Positions 27,616 to 37,581 of a stretch of DNA of 64,000 bases are shown in pieces. The notes beneath the pieces are model-generated. The model worked only from the letters and a program-made list of their open reading frames with translations, was not told the DNA's origin and searched no databases. Within the stretch, counting starts at the first letter, position 1, and every line of letters starts with the position of its first letter. The position numbers were made by a program, and so were the translations under genes. Source of the DNA: a bacterium (GTDB lineage Bacteria; Zhuqueibacterota; Zhuqueibacteria; Residuimicrobiales; Krinioviventaceae); the NCBI GenBank assembly GCA_963674595.2, contig CAXXFV010000008.1:64001-128000 (forward strand), given 5' to 3'.

Positions 27616-29166
27616 ATGAAAAAAATTTTTACTAAAAAGTATATCATTTATGCTTCTGTTTTCATTTTAGTTTGTTTTTTGTTTCTAGCCCGAAAGGCTT
27701 TTCTCAACGCCGCGCAGGTTTCCTATAATAAATGGATGGTGTTGACAATGGTTATTGACAAAATACAACGATATTATGTTGATGAAAAAAATCCTGACAG
27801 TCTGTTTGATAATGCTATACAGGGAATTTTGGCAGGTCTGGATCCCCATTCCGTTTATTTGTCTCCGGAAAAGTACAAGGAGTGGGTGAAAAAATATGAA
27901 GGGTATGTTGGAATTGGGGTGAAATATAATATTTTAGATGGCAAACCTGTGGTGGTTTCTGTTTTTGATGATGGTCCGGCAGATATTGCCGGTATTCGGG
28001 TTGGTGACAATATAGTAACGATTCAGGGTGTAAAAACAGAGAATAAAAAAAGTGAACAGATAAAAGATTTGCTGCTTGGACCTGTTAAATCTTCTGTATT
28101 TATACAGGTTAAGAGGCACAATAATGAAGGTTTATTGGAATTTAATGTTCCACGAGAAAATATTACGGTTAGCAGTATTCCCTGTGCATTTTTACTTGAT
28201 GCCGGGACCGGTTATATTAAAATAGACCATTTCAGCCATGCAACCCCTACTGAACTTGATGTGGCTGTTGCCGGACTTGCAGAGCAGGGTATGAAACAAT
28301 TAATGCTGGACCTTCGGGATAATTCCGGAGGTGTGTTCTCTGCCGGTATTGAAGTAGCCGACCGTTTTTTACAAGGCGGAAAGATCATTGTGTTTACCAA
28401 AGGCCGTGATGTCAAAAGTAATGAGCAATTTATATCTACTTTTGAAAAAACATTACCACAATTTCCGCTTGTTATTTTAGTAAATGAGGCCACAGCAAGT
28501 GATGCGGAAATTGTTGCCGGAGCTATTCAAGACTGGGACCGCGGTATCATTGCAGGGCAACAAACTTTTGGCAAGGCGCTTGTACAATCTGAATATGCTT
28601 TTCAGGATGGCTCTGCTTTATTGCTTACTACAGCCAGATATTATACGCCGCTTGGACGTCTTATACAACGGGAATATTATAATGATAAATCAGCCTCTAA
28701 AAATGATAAATTAAAAAAAGCTGAATTTATAACGCCAAAAGGCCGGGTTTTAAAAAGTAATGGCGGGATTAAACCTGATTATCTGTTACCTTTAGCTGAT
28801 TTTGAAATGTCGCATTCTCTTGCCTCTCTATTAATTAATGATGAAAACTCTATTAAGGGATTTATTGATAAAGTTGTCGAAAGTAATCGTATTCAACCTG
28901 ATGAAAGTGTGGCAGATTTTATCTCTCGTTTTCAAGTTTCGGATTCACTTTTTAACGAGTTTATAAATTTAAAAGAAAACAAGTCAAGCGTTATATCAGC
29001 TAAAGATCTGGATAAAAATAAAGATTTTTTAAAATTTTCAATTAAACGCCATGTTGTAACAAGAATTTGCGGAGAAGAAGGCCGATATATTTTTAATGCT
29101 TTAAATGATGATCAAATCAAAAAGGCTGTAAAATATTTTAATAATGCACAACAGTTGTTAAATTAA
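27616..29166 (+). CDS. S41 family carboxy-terminal processing protease (CtpA-like, PDZ)
   Basis: Motifs LDPHS, GIG (PDZ), LDLRDNSGG, TASDAEIVAGAIQD, TFGK and TTARYYTP. Confidence 0.92.
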   Translation: MKKIFTKKYIIYASVFILVCFLFLARKAFLNAAQVSYNKWMVLTMVIDKIQRYYVDEKNPDSLFDNAIQGILAGLDPHSVYLSPEKYKEWVKKYEGYVGIGVKYNILDGKPVVVSVFDDGPADIAGIRVGDNIVTIQGVKTENKKSEQIKDLLLGPVKSSVFIQVKRHNNEGLLEFNVPRENITVSSIPCAFLLDAGTGYIKIDHFSHATPTELDVAVAGLAEQGMKQLMLDLRDNSGGVFSAGIEVADRFLQGGKIIVFTKGRDVKSNEQFISTFEKTLPQFPLVILVNEATASDAEIVAGAIQDWDRGIIAGQQTFGKALVQSEYAFQDGSALLLTTARYYTPLGRLIQREYYNDKSASKNDKLKKAEFITPKGRVLKSNGGIKPDYLLPLADFEMSHSLASLLINDENSIKGFIDKVVESNRIQPDESVADFISRFQVSDSLFNEFINLKENKSSVISAKDLDKNKDFLKFSIKRHVVTRICGEEGRYIFNALNDDQIKKAVKYFNNAQQLLN

Positions 29167-29197
29167 ATATCCAATAATTATAATGATGAAAAATAAC

Positions 29198-29226
29198 TTG
29201 ATTCTCAAGTCCCGAAATTGTAATTT
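29198..29226 (+). promoter_or_regulatory. Putative sigma70 promoter of gcvPB
   Basis: TTGATT-N17-TAATTT, about 38 nt before the TTG start. GGAG Shine-Dalgarno present. Confidence 0.5.
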
Positions 29227-29263
29227 TTGTGATTCTAAAAAACATTGATTTGGAGAATATAAA

Positions 29264-30715
29264 TTGGAAAAATTACTATTTGAACAAAGTTCCCAGGGTC
29301 GTAGTGGAACTTCCCTTCCTGGAATAGATGTTCCTCAGAAAAATATTAATGAACTGATTCCGGAAAAATACCAAAGAAGTTGTATGGCGGATTTGCCTGA
29401 AATAAGTGAACCCGAGGTCGTTCGACATTTTGTCAATCTGTCTTCCCTGAACCATCATGTGGATAAAGGATTTTATCCCCTTGGTTCCTGCACAATGAAA
29501 TATAATCCAAAAATAAATGAGGAAACAGCCTCACTTGCCGGTTTTCAAAATATTCATCCGATGCAGTCACCAAAAAGTGCACAGGGTGCCCTCAAATTAT
29601 TATTTGAACTGGGTCAATATTTGTGTGAAATAGCCGGTTTGGCCGGTGTTACGTTACAACCGGCTGCCGGTGCTCATGGTGAACTAACCGGATTAATGGT
29701 GGCCCGGGCTTATCACCAGGCAAAAGGACGTCCGCGAAAATATATCCTTTTCCCGGATTCTGCACACGGCACAAACCCTGCCAGCGCTTCAATTGCCGGT
29801 TTTGAATGCAAACAGATAAAGTCTGATGAGCGCGGACTTGTTGATATTGAACAGCTTCGCCAGGCGTTAAACGAAGATACGGCTGCTTTTATGCTCACCA
29901 ACCCAAATACGTTGGGAATTTTTGAAAAACAGGTTGCTGAAATTGCTAAAATGGTACATGATGCCGGTGCTTTACTGTATATGGATGGCGCCAATATGAA
30001 TGCCTTGCTCGGTATAGTAAGACCCGGTGATTTGGGTTTTGATATTGTTCATTATAATTTACATAAGACTTTTTCTACGCCGCACGGAGGCGGAGGACCC
30101 GGTTCCGGGCCTATCGGCGTTTCTGAAAAGCTCGTTGACTTTTTACCTCGTCCCAAAGTTCTAAGTGGAGACCAGGAATATAGCTGGAACAAATCTGATG
30201 AACAATCCATAGGTAAAATAAGTACTTTTTATGGTAATTTTGGCGTTATGGTTAAAGCCTACACCTATATTCGCATGCTTGGTGCCAAGGGTTTGCGAAA
30301 TGTTAGTGAGGGCGCAATAATGAATGCAAATTATTTGCTGAGTCTGTTAAAAGAGTATTATGATTTACCCTATCAATGCCGCCCCATGCATGAATTTGTC
30401 CTTTCAGGTGACCGCCAGAAAAAGTATGGTGTAAAAACCTTGGATATTGCAAAACGTTTGCTGGATTTTGGCGTTCACGCGCCAACTGTATATTTCCCGC
30501 TTATCGTGTCAGAGGCGCTTATGATAGAGCCGACTGAAACAGAGTCTATTGAAACGCTGGAAAGTTTTGCAAAAGTTATGATTCAAATTGCAAAAGAAGC
30601 GGAATCCAATCCGGATATTTTAAAAAGTGCACCAACAACCACCCCGGTTACCCGGCTTGAGGAAGCGTTGGCTGCAAGAGAGTTAAATATTCGTTTTCAC
30701 ACTGAAAAAGAATAG
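29264..30715 (+). CDS. gcvPB: Glycine dehydrogenase (decarboxylating) subunit 2
   Basis: Motifs [30 protein letters not shown] and [16 protein letters not shown]. Confidence 0.96.
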   Translation: MEKLLFEQSSQGRSGTSLPGIDVPQKNINELIPEKYQRSCMADLPEISEPEVVRHFVNLSSLNHHVDKGFYPLGSCTMKYNPKINEETASLAGFQNIHPMQSPKSAQGALKLLFELGQYLCEIAGLAGVTLQPAAGAHGELTGLMVARAYHQAKGRPRKYILFPDSAHGTNPASASIAGFECKQIKSDERGLVDIEQLRQALNEDTAAFMLTNPNTLGIFEKQVAEIAKMVHDAGALLYMDGANMNALLGIVRPGDLGFDIVHYNLHKTFSTPHGGGGPGSGPIGVSEKLVDFLPRPKVLSGDQEYSWNKSDEQSIGKISTFYGNFGVMVKAYTYIRMLGAKGLRNVSEGAIMNANYLLSLLKEYYDLPYQCRPMHEFVLSGDRQKKYGVKTLDIAKRLLDFGVHAPTVYFPLIVSEALMIEPTETESIETLESFAKVMIQIAKEAESNPDILKSAPTTTPVTRLEEALAARELNIRFHTEKE

Positions 30716-30751
30716 AATTATTACTATTCTTTTAAACCTTTTTCGTGGAGT

Positions 30752-31726
30752 GTGAATTTGGAGAAATTGTTAAATAAAATCAGTACAAACCAAAAGGCAA
30801 AAATATTAGTAGTTGATGACATTCCTGTTAATATTCAATTATTAAAATCTTATTTGAATATTGCAGGTTATGAAATCTTTGATGCAAACAACGGGCATGA
30901 TGCCATAAAAATGGTTGAAAAGATTGAACCGGATTTGGTACTGTTGGATGTTATGATGCCAAAATTAAACGGTTTTGAGACATGCCGGTTATTAAAAAAG
31001 AGTGAAAAAACACGTCCCATTCCAATTATTATCGTGACAGCCTTGAATGAACTGGAGGATAAAATTAAAGGAATTGAGGCAGGTGCGGATGATTTTATTA
31101 CCAAACCGTTTAACAAGCTGGAACTATTGGCCCGTGTAAAATCACTCTTACGAATAAAAAATTTATACGATCAGTTACAGGATAAAGTAAAACAGTTGGA
31201 ACAAGCCAAGGAACGTTTACGGGAACTTGCTGTTACTGACGGACTTACCGGCTTGTACAACTATCGATATTTTAAAGAATATTTTACCCAGGAAATTCGG
31301 CGTGTTCTCAGACATAAAAAAATCGTATCGTTAATGATGCTCGATATTGATTTTTTTAAACAATATAATGACACACACGGCCATTTAGCCGGTGATGAGG
31401 TATTACGAACATTGGCAAAATTAATGATCGACAATCTTCGCAGTATTGATGTTGCGGCCAGGTACGGAGGTGAAGAGTTTGCACTTGTTTTGCCGGAAAC
31501 TGATAAAAAAGCTGCGCGGATCGTAGCCGATAAAATTAAAAGACTTGTACAAGAGTATAAATTCCAAAATGAAGAAACACAACCTAACGGATCGATTACC
31601 GTAAGTATTGGTGTTGCATCATTTCCTGAAGATGGTGAGAAAATGGATAATCTCATTAATATTGCCGACCAGCGTCTTTATCGTGCAAAGGCTGATGGCC
31701 GCAATAGAGTTGTGGACGAAGGGTAA
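30752..31726 (+). CDS. Response regulator diguanylate cyclase (REC-GGDEF)
   Basis: REC motifs VVDD, LLDVMMP and KPF. GGDEF domain with RxxD I-site (RSID) and RYGGEEF. Confidence 0.93.
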   Translation: MNLEKLLNKISTNQKAKILVVDDIPVNIQLLKSYLNIAGYEIFDANNGHDAIKMVEKIEPDLVLLDVMMPKLNGFETCRLLKKSEKTRPIPIIIVTALNELEDKIKGIEAGADDFITKPFNKLELLARVKSLLRIKNLYDQLQDKVKQLEQAKERLRELAVTDGLTGLYNYRYFKEYFTQEIRRVLRHKKIVSLMMLDIDFFKQYNDTHGHLAGDEVLRTLAKLMIDNLRSIDVAARYGGEEFALVLPETDKKAARIVADKIKRLVQEYKFQNEETQPNGSITVSIGVASFPEDGEKMDNLINIADQRLYRAKADGRNRVVDEG

Positions 31727-31734
31727 TTGTATTT

Positions 31735-33237
31735 ATGACCGAATGGATAAAACAACAAGTTAATAGCAGATTATTTCGAAAATTGTTTTTTGCTACATTG
31801 GCTGCGACAATGATTCCAATGTTTATTATGATTCTTCTTGGTATTCAAAGCGGCTATATGTTTGCAGAAAATAATCCGATTATCATTTTGGCCCAAATTG
31901 TTAGCATTGTTTTACTTGCTTTAATCCTAACGGTTATTGTTTCTTTTTATATTTCAAGATATGTTACGACGCCAATTTCCGAATTTACCAAAAGTGCAAC
32001 AGAAATTGCCCGGGGCAATTTTTCTCACAAGGTTAAGATAAATTCTAATGATGAAATCGGTAAACTGGCACGTTTATTTAATTACATGACAACGGAATTG
32101 CGAAGATTAAATGAAATGAATCTCGCAAATATCATTGCCGAAAGAAATAAAACCCAGACAATTATCCGTAATATTGCCGACGGAGTGATCGTTACTGATC
32201 ATAATGCACGTGTTTTAATAGTAAACTCGGCTGCCGAACACTGGTTCGGTCTTAATCAAAACCATGTGTTGGAGAAACCAATTTCACAGGTTGTAAATGA
32301 GCCGCGATTGATTCAGCTTGTTGATGAAGCAATTGAAAAGAAAAAGTCGGTTCTCCCTAATATCGAATTGTCTATAAAAATTAAGGGAGAATGGAAGCCA
32401 AGAATTTTACAGGTGATTGCTGCACGTGTATTACAGGAAGATAATACACTTATCGGAGTTGTCAGTATTCTCAGAGATGTTACCCAACAAAAAGAAATTG
32501 ACAAAATGAAAACCGAACTGGTTTCCATGGTAGCGCACGAGCTTCGCTCTCCGTTAACAAGTATATCCGGTTTTAGTGAATTGTTATTGGATACGGATGT
32601 TAACCAGGAACAATCGGAAGAGTATGCGGGGATTATTTTAAAAGAAGCGAATCGCTTGAGTGATTTGATTAATAAGTTTTTAGATATATCCAGAATTGAA
32701 TCCGGAAGAATTCAACCTAAAAAATCTAATGTTAATTTGGTAGAAATTGTTCAAATGGTTATCGGAAATAATTCCTACCTGGCAGGTCGAAAGAGAATTG
32801 AAGTTGAAGTGCACACACCGGATTCAGTTGATAAAATTTGGGCTGATAGCGGAATGATGGAACAGGTTTTAATTAATCTTTTCTCAAACGCCGTCAAATA
32901 TAGTCCGCAAAAAACAAGAATTGACATTATTGTTAAAAACTTGCAAGATCATATAAGCGTTGAAGTACATGATCAGGGATTTGGAATCCCTAAAAAGTCA
33001 ATACCAAAAATATTTGATAAATTTTTCCGTGTTACCGAAGATGAGCAAGTTCGGAATGTAACGGGCACAGGTCTTGGACTTGCATTGGTTAAACAGATTG
33101 TTGACATGCATAACGGACGGATGGAAGTGGAAAGCAAAGTCGGTGTCGGTTCTGTTTTTACCCTTATCTTTCCAACGATCACCAGCAGACAGCAATCCGA
33201 ACTTGCCAGTGAAGACTCGGAAAATATTATACATTAA
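31735..33237 (+). CDS. Sensor histidine kinase (2 TM, HAMP, PAS, HisKA, HATPase)
   Basis: Motifs AHELRSPL, NLFSNAVKY, DQGFGI and GTGLGL. HAMP motif DEIGKLA. Very short extracytoplasmic loop. Confidence 0.93.
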   Translation: MTEWIKQQVNSRLFRKLFFATLAATMIPMFIMILLGIQSGYMFAENNPIIILAQIVSIVLLALILTVIVSFYISRYVTTPISEFTKSATEIARGNFSHKVKINSNDEIGKLARLFNYMTTELRRLNEMNLANIIAERNKTQTIIRNIADGVIVTDHNARVLIVNSAAEHWFGLNQNHVLEKPISQVVNEPRLIQLVDEAIEKKKSVLPNIELSIKIKGEWKPRILQVIAARVLQEDNTLIGVVSILRDVTQQKEIDKMKTELVSMVAHELRSPLTSISGFSELLLDTDVNQEQSEEYAGIILKEANRLSDLINKFLDISRIESGRIQPKKSNVNLVEIVQMVIGNNSYLAGRKRIEVEVHTPDSVDKIWADSGMMEQVLINLFSNAVKYSPQKTRIDIIVKNLQDHISVEVHDQGFGIPKKSIPKIFDKFFRVTEDEQVRNVTGTGLGLALVKQIVDMHNGRMEVESKVGVGSVFTLIFPTITSRQQSELASEDSENIIH

Positions 33238-33273
33238 TTTCTATATAAATATGTGGCCTCGTTGGAGTTTGTG

Positions 33274-33906
33274 ATGTCAAAATATAAAGTTATATTAGTA
33301 GATGATAACTTGGACATGCTTTTAATCGGGCAGCGTATTTTTGAACGTGCCGATTTTCTTTTTTTCTCTGCTCATACAGCCAATGAAGGATTGAATCTTG
33401 CCCTTAAAGAACATCCCGATATCATCATTCTTGATTATATGATGCCGGATATGAGTGGAACGCAATTTATTAAAACAATTGCGACCAACTCACTTTACAA
33501 AACGCTACGAAACATACCGATTATATTGTTAACAGCAAGACCGAATTATATTGAAGATTTGGAAAACTGTTATCGAATGGGATTAAAGGCATTTCTTAAA
33601 AAGCCTTTTGGGCATCGTGAGCTTGTTAATGTTGCTGAAAATATAATTAAATTATCAAAATTTGAAAAAATACAAGAAACAGGAAATTCCCCAAAACTTT
33701 CTTCATCCGGTAAAAACGGTGATTGGCTGGAGGATATGCGTATAGCGGCGGGCACGATAACCAGTCTGTGCAAAGAACTCGCTCAAACAGACAAGGGAAA
33801 ACTTTCTGAGCAGCAGCGAATGGAAATTGAAGCAATTTATACGAGTAGCCGTCGTTTGTCAAAATTAATATTTCAAAAAAGCAGTAAAAACACTGTAACT
33901 GAATAG
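33274..33906 (+). CDS. Response regulator receiver with a C-terminal degenerate HisKA-like helical hairpin
   Basis: REC motifs LVDD, LDYMMP, LLTA and KPF. The tail WLEDMRIAAGTI...LSEQQRMEIEAIYTSSRRLSKLI resembles a DHp domain. Confidence 0.85.
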   Translation: MSKYKVILVDDNLDMLLIGQRIFERADFLFFSAHTANEGLNLALKEHPDIIILDYMMPDMSGTQFIKTIATNSLYKTLRNIPIILLTARPNYIEDLENCYRMGLKAFLKKPFGHRELVNVAENIIKLSKFEKIQETGNSPKLSSSGKNGDWLEDMRIAAGTITSLCKELAQTDKGKLSEQQRMEIEAIYTSSRRLSKLIFQKSSKNTVTE

Positions 33907-33911
33907 TTACG

Positions 33912-34865
33912 TTATTCCAATAAGAAACGCCCCTTTTCTAATATCTTTTTTCCATCTATCTCTACACTGGCTTTATATACTATCCCATCAAGATGAATAG
34001 GTACATTATTTTCTCCGCCAAATGAAACACTGTTTCCGATAGCAATGTGAATTGTCCCCAGCACCTTTTCATCTTCAAGTGAATACCCGCTGATTCGTGC
34101 CCATTGATTTGTGCCTATTCCAAATTCGGCAACCATTCTGCTCTGGGGGCCGTATTTTGTTAATTGACTTCTCAGTCTTTTCGCTGCAATATCACCTTTA
34201 ATTCGAACAGCTTTGCCTTCTTTTATTTTTAAAACCAGTGGTTCCTGTTCATCTTTGGAAACATACATGCCGCTGTCTACAACAAGATCTCCTTCAGTTG
34301 AATAATCATCGGGACAAATACATGCTTCACCTGCCGGCAAATTTGAAAAGGCTCCGGGTTTATCGAGTATACCAAAGTCGGCGTAACCTTGTCGCTTTTT
34401 AATTGAAAGTGTCAGGTCTGTTCCGCTGGGAGAAGTGATTTTTACATTTTGTGCAAATGTTAAAATTTCTTTTAGTTTATTGCTAAGGTTTGACATCCGT
34501 TTAAAGTCAATATCAGCAATTCGCAAAAAGGTCTGTTTGGTTATGTGCGGCATGCTGATAATTCGTGCCCCGTTACGACAGGCAGACCGCCTGGCATCTG
34601 TGTGTGAAATGGAAGGACTGGTTGCGGCAATTATAACGTTCATGCTTTGCATGAGTTGTGCCACTGAATCGGGCAGTTCGTTGTATAATAATACCGAGTT
34701 GAGTTCAAGAATTGATGTGTTTACGGATCGTTTCCTTGCTGCTGTAAATAAAAGACGTGCTATATCCAGTTGCGGTTCATTGGTGATAATGAGAACAGAT
34801 TCATCCTTTTTAATGTCAAGGCATTTATGAATAACTGTTTTTGCTGCTGATTCAAGTTTTGTCAT
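33912..34865 (-). CDS. M29-like aminopeptidase (aminopeptidase T/AmpS-related)
   Basis: Motifs GTDL, NLPAGE, AEFGIG, EDEKVLGTIHIAIG and PIHLD. Confidence 0.85.
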   Translation of the reverse strand: MTKLESAAKTVIHKCLDIKKDESVLIITNEPQLDIARLLFTAARKRSVNTSILELNSVLLYNELPDSVAQLMQSMNVIIAATSPSISHTDARRSACRNGARIISMPHITKQTFLRIADIDFKRMSNLSNKLKEILTFAQNVKITSPSGTDLTLSIKKRQGYADFGILDKPGAFSNLPAGEACICPDDYSTEGDLVVDSGMYVSKDEQEPLVLKIKEGKAVRIKGDIAAKRLRSQLTKYGPQSRMVAEFGIGTNQWARISGYSLEDEKVLGTIHIAIGNSVSFGGENNVPIHLDGIVYKASVEIDGKKILEKGRFLLE

Positions 34866-34882
34866 AGGAACGTCCTGTAAGT

Positions 34883-34922
34883 AAAAATCCTCCCGTTGAA
34901 TAAAATTACGGGAGGATTTTTT
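34883..34922. terminator. Bidirectional-type intrinsic terminator hairpin after the PqqD-family gene
   Basis: Perfect inverted repeat AAAAATCCTCCCGT / ACGGGAGGATTTTT with T-tracts on both strands. Confidence 0.8.
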
Positions 34923-34925
34923 ATA

Positions 34926-35297
34926 TTATTGTTGGTCCGATGTCAGGGTAATGAAATTACGCTGTGCTAATAAATTTATAAACAGCCCCAGCCTTTCATA
35001 AACCGGCTCAACATCCTGGCCATAGTCTTCTTTTAAATGATTGCCAATTTGCATTACAGAATTTTTTCCGTCAATATACTGCCAAACACGAGTGCCGAAT
35101 TTGTCCAGTTTTATTTTTAAATTTGGATTTTTCATTTTTGGCACCAAGTATTTAACAAGAAATTTATTCTTGAATTTTGGAACAAGTAATGCAATGTTCT
35201 GATCTTCTAATGTTTCCCATATCACGTTTTGTGTCGGATACATTTCCAGAACATTGGCTGGTTTTACTTCATTGTTGTTTTTGTCTGTTTTGGTCAT
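34926..35297 (-). CDS. Stand-alone PqqD-family (RiPP recognition element-like) protein
   Basis: IKLDKFGTRVWQYIDGKNSVMQIGNHL...ERLGLFINLLAQRNFI matches the PqqD winged-helix pattern. Confidence 0.82.
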   Translation of the reverse strand: MTKTDKNNNEVKPANVLEMYPTQNVIWETLEDQNIALLVPKFKNKFLVKYLVPKMKNPNLKIKLDKFGTRVWQYIDGKNSVMQIGNHLKEDYGQDVEPVYERLGLFINLLAQRNFITLTSDQQ

Positions 35298-35301
35298 TGT
35301 T

Positions 35302-37338
35302 CTATTTTGATTTTAATGCTTTAAGGTTTTTAAGCGGTGTTTTAATAAGCACATAGCCTAAAACTAAAAAGACAACAATGCCCAGCCACCAAAATCCTGA
35401 AAAAGAGCTTGGTATACCAATTAATGATTTTAGATCTATTTTTGAAACAACCAGACCGGCCAAAACAATTCCCATTAGCGCTTCGCCTGCAACCAGCCCG
35501 GATGCGAGTAAAAGACCTGTGTTTTCTACCGTTTCCTTGTCCTTTTCCTCGGTAATGTGTTTTTCTGCAGATTTGTCCAGCAAATATTTTATGACTCCAC
35601 CGACAAAAATTGCAAAAGTGGTGTTAAAAGGCAGGTACATTCCAACAGAGATTAACATAGGAGAAGGTGAACCGATGAGAATCAATGCAATGGCAAACAA
35701 CATGCCTGCAATAACCAGCGGCCATGCCATTTCACCACCGACAATACCTTTACTCATCATCGCCATAAGTCCGGCTTGTGGTGCCGGCAGAGCATCACTG
35801 CCGATTCCGTTTGCCTGGTGTAAAAGCATAATAGGCAGAACCAAAACCAACGAAGCTGCAATAACACCAACCATACCACCAATCTGCATTCTCCAGGGAG
35901 TTCCACCGAGAATATAACCGACTTTCCAGTCCTGCATCATGTCTCCGGCAACACCGGCTACACAGCAAACAACGGAAGCAACAGCAAGTACGGCGGCAAC
36001 ACCCGGATCACCTTTCATTCCAACCAGCACCATCAGTAAAGCTGCAATGAGGAGCGTGGAAAGCGTTAGACCGGATATTGGGTTGGAGGAACTACCGATA
36101 ATACCAACAAGGTATCCGGCAACAGCCGCGAAAATAAAGCCGGCAAATGCCATGACAACGGCTGCTAATAATGCTGAGCCCCAGTTATGGCTGAATGTCT
36201 GGTATAAAATAACCATACAGATAACAAGTACAACAATAGAAATTAAAACAAGGCCAAATGGAGCGTCTTTGTCTACCCGGCTTGTTTTAGAGCTGCCTGA
36301 ACCGGCTGCTTTAATGTCCTGAATACCTCTGGAAATGCCGCCGATGAGATTGCTGCGCATTTTAAAAAGAGTATAAAAAGCGCCGACAAGCATTCCGCCA
36401 ACTGCAATTGGTTTAACGGTTGAACTATAGGTTGCTTTTGCCATGGCAATCCAGCCCTGGGAAGCGGCAAAACCGTCAAGTTGATTGCCAAACAAAAACA
36501 TAACAATCGGCATTAAAAATAGCCAGCCAAATACACCGCCACTAAAGGTGATGGCTGCCAGTTTAAAACCTATAATATATCCTACGCCTAAAAAAGCGGG
36601 AGAAGAAGCCGGGCTTTGCAAATACATTCCACCTTTAAAGCTGAATTCTGCTTTCATCTTTTCACCGGCGTCTGTAACGGTTTCATATACCTTGCTGTCC
36701 GGATTTAATAATGATATTTTTGAAGCAGCAAACTGGAAAAAGCCGGAAACCGAATCTTTGATGATTTGGATTCCGTTGGCATTTTTTAAAAATTCAATTA
36801 ATGCGGCCAAACCCATGGAGCCGAAAACATATTTTGCACCGGACTGACCACCCTGACCTGCCTTTACGATTTCTGCACAGGCCTTGCTTTCGGGATAGGG
36901 AAGAGTTTGATCTTCAATAAGTGTTTTTCTAAGGATGATAACAAAAAGAACACCTAAAATACCACCAACAAGCATCAATAATGTGCTTTTCAGGTAATTA
37001 AAATCATCCCAAACTCCGGCCATTACAAATGCCGGGATTGTGAAAATAGCACCGGCAGCTAATGCCTCTCCAACCGCGCCGGTTGTTCTGGCAAGGTTTT
37101 CTTCCAAAATAGTTCCCTTAAAAGGCCGTAATACAGCCATTGCAATAACAGCAGCCGGAAAAGTGGCAGCAACGGTCATTCCTGCCTTCAATCCCAGATA
37201 GGCATTGGCAGCCCCTAAAATGATTGATAGAATTACACCCAGAAATAATGCTCTAAAGGTTAATTCTTTCATCGTTGTGTTAATGGGAACATAGGGTGTA
37301 AATTTTTCAGAGTTTGAGCGTCCATTGGTCTCTTGCAT
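35302..37338 (-). CDS. OPT family oligopeptide transporter
   Basis: Motifs ELTFRA, AANAYLGLKAG, LPYPE, GSSSNPISG, GDMMQDWKVG and LPAPQA. About 16 TM. Confidence 0.93.
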   Translation of the reverse strand: MQETNGRSNSEKFTPYVPINTTMKELTFRALFLGVILSIILGAANAYLGLKAGMTVAATFPAAVIAMAVLRPFKGTILEENLARTTGAVGEALAAGAIFTIPAFVMAGVWDDFNYLKSTLLMLVGGILGVLFVIILRKTLIEDQTLPYPESKACAEIVKAGQGGQSGAKYVFGSMGLAALIEFLKNANGIQIIKDSVSGFFQFAASKISLLNPDSKVYETVTDAGEKMKAEFSFKGGMYLQSPASSPAFLGVGYIIGFKLAAITFSGGVFGWLFLMPIVMFLFGNQLDGFAASQGWIAMAKATYSSTVKPIAVGGMLVGAFYTLFKMRSNLIGGISRGIQDIKAAGSGSSKTSRVDKDAPFGLVLISIVVLVICMVILYQTFSHNWGSALLAAVVMAFAGFIFAAVAGYLVGIIGSSSNPISGLTLSTLLIAALLMVLVGMKGDPGVAAVLAVASVVCCVAGVAGDMMQDWKVGYILGGTPWRMQIGGMVGVIAASLVLVLPIMLLHQANGIGSDALPAPQAGLMAMMSKGIVGGEMAWPLVIAGMLFAIALILIGSPSPMLISVGMYLPFNTTFAIFVGGVIKYLLDKSAEKHITEEKDKETVENTGLLLASGLVAGEALMGIVLAGLVVSKIDLKSLIGIPSSFSGFWWLGIVVFLVLGYVLIKTPLKNLKALKSK

Positions 37339-37466
37339 TGATGAACTCCTCTAAATGTTATGAAAATATATGTTGTTTGAATTTATTTTTATTGGGAATG
37401 TGCCGCAAGATGCTTGTGGGGAAATAGTGAAGCATTTTTTTCTCATCCTATTTTTTAAGTAAAGGC

Positions 37467-37495
37467 AAAATAGTAAATCGTGGTTTAAAGATCAA
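37467..37495 (-). promoter_or_regulatory. Putative sigma70 promoter of the OPT operon
   Basis: TTGATC-N17-TATTTT on the minus strand. Confidence 0.4.
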
Positions 37496-37581
37496 GAGAA
37501 AAAGTAAGAACCATAAACAGAGTTTTTGGTTGTTTTTTCTGGTATTTTTGGTTATATTTTCAAAATTTGTGAGAACTTTTT

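Noticed and set aside
28485-28515. Inactive S41 protease (TASDAE instead of SASASE)
   Set aside because: The catalytic Ser and the FGK Lys are both retained. Only flanking residues differ.
29167-29263. Glycine riboswitch before gcvPB
   Set aside because: The intergenic region is under 100 nt, contains the promoter, and lacks a recognisable aptamer.
35378-36847. Antisense ORFs of 120-179 aa opposite the OPT gene, and similar short overlapping ORFs throughout the window
   Set aside because: They mirror the codon pattern of well-supported genes on the other strand and show no motifs or ribosome binding sites.
33912-37581. RiPP biosynthetic cluster around the PqqD gene
   Set aside because: No precursor peptide ORF, maturase or exporter is visible nearby.
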